A stretch of 64,000 nt of DNA, from assembly GCA_964188305.1 (NCBI GenBank), contig OZ076889.1. One strand, 5' to 3'. This document shows, one piece after another, positions 37,701-48,300 of the stretch. The stretch is from Podarcis bocagei. Lineage: Eukaryota. Both the position numbers and the translations under genes were made by a program. The notes under the pieces are model-generated. The model was not told the DNA's origin and did no database searches. It worked only from the letters and a program-made list of their open reading frames with translations. How positions within the stretch are numbered: position 1 is the first letter of the stretch; each line of letters starts with the position of its first letter.

Positions 37701-40700
37701 TCAAGTGGGAAAGCTCTGCCCAAGGGGATTTTTCCACCTGAAAAAAGTGTGCAGTATATGTTCAGTAGGCATGCGCATATGCACACCACTGAAGCATGTT
37801 GCTGCCAAGCCTGCCTCTGTATAGGTTATTCTCATTCTTTGTTTCAGAAAGGGCTGCTAGCGCCCACCAGCCTCCTAGTGACAGCCTTCCACATGGGAGT
37901 TCATTCCTCCTCCCGAGTTTCAGCATTGTAATGTTGCTTCCTTCTGTTCTCAGGTTGCATCAACTGCACTGTTGGGACTGAACCAGCTCTAGGCTTTGAA
38001 TACAAATGGTGGAACACGCTGCCAGCAAACATGGAGACGACGGTCCTCAGTGGAACCAGTTTTGAATATAAGGGAATGGCAGGTATCTTCATGGGGACAT
38101 ATTAACCTGAGGCGTTGGGGCAGTTTTTGCATGGGTGGGCACTGTCATGTTGTGAGGTCTCTTGCCCCTTCAAGCAGTGGGGAAGTTCACAGCGCAGTGA
38201 CGCTTGCTCATTCCACTCGTAGTGTCAGATGTTGCCAGATCAAAGAGAGGGGAGACACAGGGCTGCCTGCTTTCAGCGGCAGTCATGCTAAATTGTCTAG
38301 TTCTGGCCTCAGGCAACTGGACTTCCTGTGTCTCTGAGAAGTATGTAAGCGTTTATAGAGCTGTGTATTTAATGATATCCAGCTGAAGTAATGCCCTTTC
38401 ACTGAATGGAGATGGTGTTCTGTCTGTTGTTTCAGGGTGGGAAGTAGCTGGTGACTACATCTACACAGCAGCAGGAGCCTCTGACAATGACTTCATGATA
38501 CTGACACTGGTGATTCCTGGGTTCAGGTGAGTGTGTAGCTGAGCTGGCGATGGCAAGCCTATGCATCCAAAATGCAGTAGGAGCACTGAGTCCAAGCAGT
38601 GGGACCTTCTCCCCTTTAAGAGTGTGCTGCTTGCATTACTTCTTCCACAATCCTTAACTCACTGTGCTCATTAGTGAACAATAACAGAAAGAATGAATGA
38701 GGGATTGAGTTGGCTTTTCAGCAGCTGCCTGATTTTTGCCATGTCCTGGAACCAGCCATTCTTTCAATGTATGCGTGTGACTGGAGTGCTTGATTTTATT
38801 GGACCGGCCATCCTCAGATTCTTCAACTGTGTTCCAAACAAGAGCATAAGCTGAGGGAAACATTCAGATTCATGGCTTGCTGAAGTAAGCCTTGCTAACT
38901 GAGGTGGTCTGTTTCCAGACATTCCTGCTCCCATCTCTTGTCCTTGCTCTGTTTTCAGCAAGACCTTGAGCAAATAGATACCCCCTGAGTTTTTCTTGCT
39001 CTCTTGCAGTTCCCCACAATCGGTGATGGAGGACTCCGAAAGTAAAGAGATCGCAAGAATCACATTCGTCTTTGAAACGATCTGCAGTATGAGTTGTGAG
39101 CTTTATTTCATGGTGGTAAGTTGACCCAGCTTCTTCTCTCTCCAAAGTGGATAAGCTTTCTCTTGCTTAGTTTGCCTTGGGGTTTTGTGTTCCCAAGGCA
39201 CAACAGGCTGTGGAAGGCACATGCCCCTCCTTCCTCTGTAGTTGATGCCTTTAGAAAAAGAGGCAAATATCTTGGCTGTTTCCCAATTCCGGAAACTTTC
39301 ATCTGAAATCAATATATTCCTATGGGGATATTTTCAAAGGTACAATAGCCCACCTGCATCCTGTAGTTACAGCTCTGTGAGGACTCTGTTTCAAAATGCC
39401 ACCATGGCGGCGAGAAAAATAAATATAGGTATACCACCTGTTGGTATGTTAAAAAATCAGCATTGTTGATAACGTTAATATTATTAATAAAAACAGTGTA
39501 AGAACTGGAAAACTATTCTAGGCACATTTTGTTCAGAGATACACTTTGGACAGGTAGCAAGGTCACTCATCATGCACAGTGCAAAATGAAAAAGACTTGT
39601 GAAAATGTTAAAATAAATGAGTATTATTGGATTTTGCAAATGATGCTCTGAATTTCCTGTGCTTTCTGACCTGCAGCCCAAATCAGCTTCTCTTGGGCTA
39701 CAATGGGCGCAAAGGAAAATCTCTCCTAGTCACTGTAGCCTCTCTTCCCCAACTTCAGTGTCATCTGTCCTCTTAACTGCTTCCTTCCCACTAATGCTTT
39801 TCAGTTGGCTATTCCAAGGCTCTCACAATCTGCCTAGCATGATTTCCCTGCTTATACTCGTTATGGAAATATCTGTATCTGTAATAATAAATAATTATTT
39901 AGGTAGAAAATGTTGCTTGCTCTTTACTCACTAGGCCCCTGCTTTATCTCTGGTAGGGTGTCAATTCCAGAACCAACACACCTGTGGAAACCTGGATTGG
40001 CTCGAAAGGAAAGCAATCCTACACCTACATCATTGAAAAGAACGCCACCATGAGCTTCACGTGGGCCTTCCAAAGAACAGCATACCATGAGCCGGTATGG
40101 ACTATCACTTTCTGGGGAACCTTCTATTCACGGCCAGCTCCTCAGTTATCCTTTTTATGGGGAGTTCCTTGCCAGGAATCAGATATACCCCAGTGTCTTG
40201 CTAATCAAAGATGTCCTAGCAATGAATAGGCATGCTATCCTCATTTGCAGCATCCCACCTTCCCTTTATCAAACGCTTCTACCTCTCCAAGGCCCTATGG
40301 ACACTTTCTGTGTTTCGTTCTAGGGAAGAAAATACACTAACGATGTTGCCAAGCTGTACTCTATCAATGTGACCAATGTCATCGAAGGCGTAGCGTCATA
40401 CTGCCGGGTGTGCGCTCTGGAATCCTCGGGCTCGTCCTGTACTTCCTGCCCACACGGCCACTACATTGAGAGAAGCTCTGGGGGCTGCTACCCATGTGCA
40501 GCAAACACGTACCTGAAAGCTCACCAGCCCTATGGCAGCCAGGCCTGCATCCCTTGTGGCCCCGGCACAAAAAATAACCCGGTAATATTGTCCTCCTTTC
40601 TGCCTATCATTTCTGGCCAATTTGCAATGATCTACACTGTTAGCTAAATAAAAGCGCCCCATTAAGTTTATAAATCATTTAGTTGGCAGAGGGCTATCCA

Positions 40701-42282
40701 TTAAAAGCAGCAGTAGGGCAGTATCAATATATTAGTATTAGTATTAGTATTAGTATTAGTATTAGTATTAGTATTAGTATTAGTATACTGCCCCTCATCC
40801 AAAATTACAGACATGCATGCACAAGAAATTGCATGCAGAAGAAATTGCAGATCTGTTAGCCGGAGAGAGTTTCACTTGAAGTGGCAGGCAAGATCCCACC
40901 CAGTCATCAAAGCCCGCCCGCTCACATGGTATGCATGAGGCCAGATCCTTAAAAAAGAAGAAGATATATAACTGAAAACTTTGTCTTAATAAATTTTTGC
41001 ATTTTTCTTATTGAAAACGTGGAACCTGTAGACTGAAAGGGATTCTCCCCTTACCAAATCATCCCAGAGTTTTGCTTTTTAAAAAACCCCAAGCTTGTCT
41101 TTCCTCAGAAATATTAAGTTATTTCCTGCCAAAATGGAAATGGCATTATAACAGCTAAGCGGTTCATCTCCACATATTCTGTTTTGTGTAATTATCCACA
41201 TGGTTCCCTGGAGGAAATTGGCAAGTGAGATTCCTGTGAACAGAAGCTTATGGGATTCTGGATCACTATAAACCTGGCCAGCTTGAGAATAATCAGCCAC
41301 ATTTGGGCTCCTTCCTCTCAGAGTAAACTTGGGTTTTACATGCTGCTGGAGACGATGACAATTTCTGAGCTCCTCTATGAGGAAATAAATTGACTGTAAA
41401 AAAATGTTCTGCTCCCCAGATCCATTCTCTTTGTTACAGTGACTGTCACCTCTCAGTCATCGCGGACGGCAGGACTCTGGAGTATGACTTCTCAGCACTG
41501 TCTAATAGCACATCCTTTTTGGTGGGGCCCAGTTTTACCACCAAAGGGCTAAAGTATTTTCACCACTTCAACATCAGCCTCTGTGGGAATCATGTAAGTA
41601 CGTGGCGAGGCTTCTGAGAAGCCCATCCTCTATGCAGGGCCCCAACATGTGAGAGTGGCTTATATGGTACAAATCACCCTTATGTGAAGAGAGTTTCTAG
41701 GCACCCATGCTCACCCCGGAGCCGCAGAACGTTTCCTTAGCAGAATCCCATCCTCCTGGCTACTTTAGCTGAACCACTGCAACAAAACAGCTCAAATTCT
41801 TGAAGGTCTCTTATCTGTAACTTAAGGGAAACGTTTTACTATCGTGATGCAACTGCCCTTCTTTCCTGTGAAAGGATGGGTGTTAATAGATCCCTGTGCA
41901 CTGAAAGTGTGTGTGTCACAGTATCATTGATTTATCCCCACTACCAATGACAGCTGGTGACCACACACCCTACCCATGCATACAGAACTCTTTGGAATAG
42001 GCTCTTTGTGTGTACATAGAGCTTCTCCATGCAAAGCAGGGTCCGTTTATCCCAGACTCCTCACCCCTGTTATATGTGGGAGCTCTACGCACATACATTG
42101 ATACACAAATAGACGCCCTTCCAACATGCATGGGTAATGGAAAATGCGGTGATCAGAGGCGCTGGTGCTAGGCTTTGAAACCCTCCTCGTGCTTTCAGTG
42201 CAATAGGGTGGGTTCATCTGAGTCCTCTTACTATGGTTCCTTTAAAAAGAACTTCAGGTTTTATAAAGACAAGGATCCAGCC

Positions 42283-42323
<41 letters not shown>

Positions 42324-45300
42324 CCCCCCCCACCCCCTTGCAATTCTCTGAAGGGAAGGAAAATGGCAACCTGCACGGATAACGTCACAGAGATGCACAT
42401 CCTGGGCAAAGAGACAGAGTTCTCCAAATCAACTTCCTCCTATGTATGCCAGTCCATCATTGTCCCCTCTGATGTGATGGCTTACAAATCAGTGGTGTCT
42501 TCCCAACCCGTGAGCCTGGCAGACCGCTTTGTAGGTGAGAATTGCAGGGAGCATAAGTCTGTGCTTTGAACAGAGGACTCTGGTTGCTGTTTGATAGAGG
42601 CTTTTGGGGGAGTTGCATGTGCTGATTCAGGTGACAGGAACATCCCTGATTATGCCTTCTAGATAAGTCATAGAATCATAGAGCTGGAAGGTACCCAAAG
42701 GGTTGTCTAGCTCAACTCCCTGCAAAGCAGGAATTACAGCTAAGGAATCCCTGGCAAATGGCCATCCAACATCTGTTTAAAAACCTCCAATGAAGGAGAG
42801 TCCATCATGTTCCAATGGAGTCCATTCCACTGTCAAACAACTGAATGGAAAAGTAGTGAGTTCAGTGTGGCTCCTTCATCTAAAACAAAGTCAACTTTGA
42901 TGAAAACCCTACACTACTCAGTGCCACTAAACTTTAGTTCCCCACTCCTCAGCTGTGTTTTTTGCTTTCCGTCCAGGTCCCAGGAAAGCAAAGGAGGGAA
43001 AGTCATAGCAATTTCCCAATTTTTGCTGCTGCTTTTTTTAAAAAAAGTATATAGCTAGAGAAATACTTTTTTTTTTTTTTGCACTGGGTTCTGTTCTACC
43101 TCAAATCACTGGCACCACCTCCAGGCCCATAAAATAAAGTATATTTTATTTCCAGGAATTGGCAATCTACTTTTATTTTATGTGTTGTCATTTTATTTTT
43201 TTCAAGACCTGGCAATCCAATAGCTAAACCTGGGTTACTCACACACACTAACAGAGCCTAACCAAAGGCACAACAGGCCTCACTTGTTTCTCTGACTCTG
43301 ATCAGCATTTGTGAGGAAAGAATTGAAATTGGATTCTCTTCTGTGAAGCTCTTTAGCACAGTCAGTTTTGGGAGAGGGGTGGTCCTGGGAACGTCCCCTG
43401 TCTTCTCAGTGCACTGTCCTTCTCACTGGTTTGCTTCTAACTTGTAGGAGTAACAAGGGAGACCACTCTGGACAACATCACTTCTTTTCCTGACTATTTC
43501 CCTGCAGAGAATGTGGGCTTACCGGATGTGATATTTTTTTACAGGTAAGCTACAAGCCTGCCAAACATAGGGGAAGGCAGTTTTAGCAGTTTTCTTCTGT
43601 GGAAAACTCTGGGTTATTCATGTGTCTTGGAACATTTTTTAGTATTTCAGCATCACAGGGAATTGGGGGGCTTTGGCATTCTGGAACCCTCCAAAGAGGA
43701 TTGAACAAATTCATGAAGGGATAAAGCTATCAATGGCTACTAGTTGTGATGGCTGTGCTCTGCCTCCACAATCAGAGATAGTAGTGCTTTTGAATACCAG
43801 TTTCTAGAAACCGCAGGAGGAGAGGGTGCTCTTGTGTCAAATCATTCTCTGGAAGGTCTTGGGTTCTGCTGCTTCTTGCTTGCTCATGAGGTACACAGTG
43901 ATGATTTGCACGTGAACCAGCCACAGTATTACTGCTGTTACCAGCAGGAGTGGCTTTGATTCTGCAGAACCAGTTTGGCATCTTTTCTCCCCGCCTTCAT
44001 CTCAGCTCATCTCTAGCCTCTGGCAGGTGGGACTTGAATGTGTGAGAAGGAAGTTGGATCATTTTTTGGATGCTGCTTTTCAGTGCATTCCTATGCTTAA
44101 TTTGAAGGAACTTTTCAAGAAATCTTTAGTATTCCCATACCCTGGGGAAATCTATCCTTGTGATTTGTCCTTCCTTTTCCTTGGGCCAGATTTCCTCTTT
44201 TAGTGCCATTTGTACAGCTGTGCAGCAGTCCTTTGTATGAAAAAGAAAAATGATACAGTACACGTGTCTTAAGCGTTTCCCACTTTTTAAAAGTATGAAA
44301 ACATGCTAGAAACAAGGGAGATACAGCATTGCGTTGCCCCCGAGTGACAGCTGTATTAGTGAGGAATGCTAGTACCGTGAAGCCTTGTAAATGACAGGGC
44401 CTTCAGCTTTAGCAGGGATTTCATAACATGCATATATGTTGCAGATCCAGTGATGTGACTCAGACTTGTAGTGCTGGGAGAGCTACTGCCATTAGAGTGA
44501 GATGTGATCCTCTAAAACCCCACTCTGGAGTGCTCTCTGTGCCGAGGTAAGTTCAAAGGTTAGTCAGTCTCAATAGCAGGTGCGCCCTGTTAAAACTACA
44601 TTCTCCTCCAAACTCTACAGTGGGGCAAAAACTGGAAAAACTGGTGGAGAAAAAATATATAAATAAATGCTCTCAATGCTGTAAAAATAGTCACACTGAG
44701 AACAGCACTTACTTTCGTATTGGGTGCACTCGCTTCCAATTCCAGTTGTAATTTATATTTCAGTTTTGTCCACTCCTATGTTTCAAGTTGGCTGCTCATC
44801 TTGTTTATGCATTTTAATAGTTGCTTTTTTAAATGAGAACTACGGAATAATGATTTAGCAAAGACTGTAGCTCAGTGGTAGAGCATCTGCTTTGCATGCC
44901 GAAGGTCTCTAGTTCAGTCCCCTGCATCTCCTGATAGGGCTGAGAATGTCCCGTCTGAAATCCTGGAGAGCCTCTTCCAGACAACATAAACAATACTGAG
45001 TAGCTGGAGGTCAGACATGGCATAGGGTAGCTTCCTGTGTTCACAACCCTTCTAAAGGCAAAACTAAAAGATGCATAAAAGCATCTCCACTGCTTAAAGC
45101 TTTCTCTCTCTCTCCCCCCCCCCAATAGTAGCTATAACAGCTCCAGTCTGGGTCAGGCCTATAGCACAAGATGAAGTTGTGTTAACATTGACCCTTTCCA
45201 CTCTGCACCATTCCCCCAATGGTGCTAACCCCCCCCCCCCAATAAAAGGCTGCTGTTGCTGATGCAGGGGAAATAGAAATGTGCATATGATTTTCCTGCT

Positions 45301-48300
45301 GTGGAGTTATTTTCATTGGAAAAATGATACGGGGAGGAATACTAAAACTATTTTATTGTGCTGCACTATAGTCCCAGTCTGGTTTGGGAGGTGTAGCTAT
45401 TTTTTTGGCAAAAAGTGTAAAGACACCAAGTTGCATTCATATGCCACCAACTTTATATGACGTTTATCACTGTGACACGCTTCTGGAACCCAGTTCAGTC
45501 TCATTTATATTTACAGACCTAACCTATCGGCATAAGCTTTGCCATTCCTTCACATACCAACACAACTTCTTTACCTCTTTAAAATGCAGAGGTCTATTGG
45601 GTATAGTCAAAGTATAATGGTAGTAACAATTAAGCCTATCATAACCTTCCAGGGTTTAAATTCTTTCATGAATGTCACAGGTCTCCAAGAGGTCTGTGTA
45701 ACTCAGATACAGGAAATGCCTAAGACCTATGAAAGAAATAGCATTTACAGCAAGAACAAGTGTTCCATGCAGCAGAGTTCATGCACTACGTACATGAGGC
45801 ATGGCTTTGGTTCCCTGGAGTCACTTTCATGGCAGGTCTGGGACAAGGTAATGTCTTGAGACCCACAACAGCTAGGTCATGAGGTGAGCCACTGATTAGA
45901 CTCCATTTCAGATGGCACTTTATAATTTTTCAAACAGCAAGTGCCCTGAAGGAACCTGTGACGGATGCACTTTCCATTTCCTGTGGGAGACCGTTGAAGC
46001 CTGCCCCCTCTGTTCTGCAGATGACTACCATGCTATCATCAGCGCCTGTGTTGGAGGGATTCAGGTAGGGACTCAGAATGTCTTCTTTTGAGTTCTTATC
46101 TTCAGGGCCTGAGAGCTGCCCATTTTTGTGACTATTATATGAACATTAAAACAAGTCATCAACAGCTACGGCAGCCCAATGATCATTTAGTGAACATGCC
46201 CGTTAGGACAGGCAGAGACACCAGATTGAAATAAACATTTTTTCCCCCTGGAGTTGTCACAAAACCATACTTGTCTGACCTTAAACATGCTTACCTGAAG
46301 TCAGTTCCACTGATTTCACAACAATAAACCGCTTCAGCAGCAGGTTCAGCAATGATGTACCGATTTATTTTTGTTAAGAGGATTCAAGATCCCTCTAGAG
46401 TGGTGGTGGTGGTACAACTATTATTGTTGCTTCGAATCTGTAAGGTGGCATCAATGCTACATTTCTATATTGGTTTCAGTTTATTTCCCTGAAAACCATT
46501 TCTAAATTGCTTAGTGTAAAATCTCTCCTAAGTGCTACAGGGTAAAACAGAAATGTACAGTAAGACCATCAGCATCAAAAAGAGTACAAAAATGCAACAT
46601 GAGCTGCGACTGCATGTGATTAAAAGAAGGCAATGCCTGCTTTTCCTTCCACAGAGAACCACGTATGTATGGAGGGAGCCCAAGCTGTGTTCAGGAGGCA
46701 TTTCGCTCCCAGAACAAAAAGTCAGCATTTGCAAATCCATGGACTTCTGGCTCAAAGTGGGCATCTCGGCAGGGACTTGTGCTGCTATCCTGCTGACTGC
46801 AATGACTTGCTACTTCTGGAAGAAAAACCAGAAGTGAGTAGCTGCTTCTGTTGCTGCCCATTATGCATGCATGCATGCTTGCTGGCTGGCTGGCTTGCTT
46901 GCTTGCTTCATAGCTGCCCAATACCTTTTTCAAGGTTGCCCTTTAAATCAGATGGCAACCTTGAACAGCACAGCAGAAGCAAATAGGTGAGTCTGTGTTC
47001 AAAAATAACAAGCTCTTCAATAATATGTCTATCTTTTATACATTGTTACATATCAGTGATAGCATTCTCGCCTTCCCCAGTTTGCCTTCTTATCATCCCA
47101 TTCTCAACCCTGCCTATTCTTCCATGCCTAAAACGCAAGAAAGACCCACCAAAAACAAACCAGTTTTTATTTTCCAGAAGCGTTAAGTGCCTGCAACTTT
47201 AACACATTCACAAACAGTGCATCCATTGCCCTGTTCGGTAGCACCTTGTGAAAGCGGTGCAGCTTGTGAAATGAGACTTCTTCATAAGGGCAGTGATATA
47301 TAGGGGAAGAACCCCCCCCAACTCTTTACTTGTGGGCAATATGAGACACAGGGCATCAGGTTAGCATTGTGTAGTTACAGGGATGCTGACTGGCTAGGAG
47401 TGCCTATGACTTTTCACAAGCCACAGCCCTTTATGAGTCACCCCTTCACCATATTGCTACAAAACTTGCAGATGGATCCTGTGAATTAGTTTCCCAGCAT
47501 ATGCACTAGAAAAAGCTGGTGGCATTACCAGCAAATATTGAGTGGTGTTTGCTGAGCAGTGATCCAATTCCAGCTGTAGTTGTGATGAAACCTCTTCAAA
47601 GAAGAGTGTTTCTTACCCATCAGTTTCTCAACAACTACAGGGGATCAGGTCTACTGTTGCTTGAATGTACCTGCTGCCAGTGGATTTATGCTATGATAAG
47701 TGTCCCCTTTGGATGCTTACATATGAAAGTATCTGCTGGCATACTAGTCCCACCACCACTTAAAATAGAAGCCTTCGCAGCTTGCTTATCTGCACCCAGG
47801 AAAGAGGTCTCCACTTCCAAGTAGCAGATGGGGCTCTGAAATGCTCGCTGGCAAAGATCAGCAGCTGAATATTCTGAGAAGGGAAACAGAATTGTTTCCT
47901 CTTTGGAGAAACTGAAATTCAAGCTCCTTTTGAATTTTCTCCAGGAGGGAAAATATCCCACCTTTGCAGTGCATGCATAGGATTAAGCTAATAAATCCTT
48001 TGGATTGTGAATGTGTATGACTGCGCATGCTTGTTGGGGTGTACAAAACATTTCTTTTTCTACCTGTAACAGTCAGCTTTCACGTGGCTTGAAGCAGGGC
48101 TTAGCATCTCCAGATTTTAAAGTGACCCCCCACCCCGCAAGTGTCCCATTTTTGGGACTCAAACTCTATTCGTCCATCATCCATCTGGCTTTCTCTATGT
48201 CTGTCTTATATCTTTGAAGGTTGGAGTATAAATATTCCAAGCTGGTGATGAATTCCAGTGCCAAGGACAGTGAGCTGCCAGCTGCTGACAGTTGTGCCAT

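Noticed and set aside
44863-44930. tRNA-Ala gene (also tRNA-Lys-like at 20770 and 35130)
   Set aside because: Stems are disrupted and the heads run into SINE bodies or tails; these are SINE heads, not tRNA genes.
46532-46654. In-frame 5' extension of exon 20
   Set aside because: The upstream AG has a poor pyrimidine tract and the peptide shows no recognisable homology; the 46655 acceptor fits the protein.
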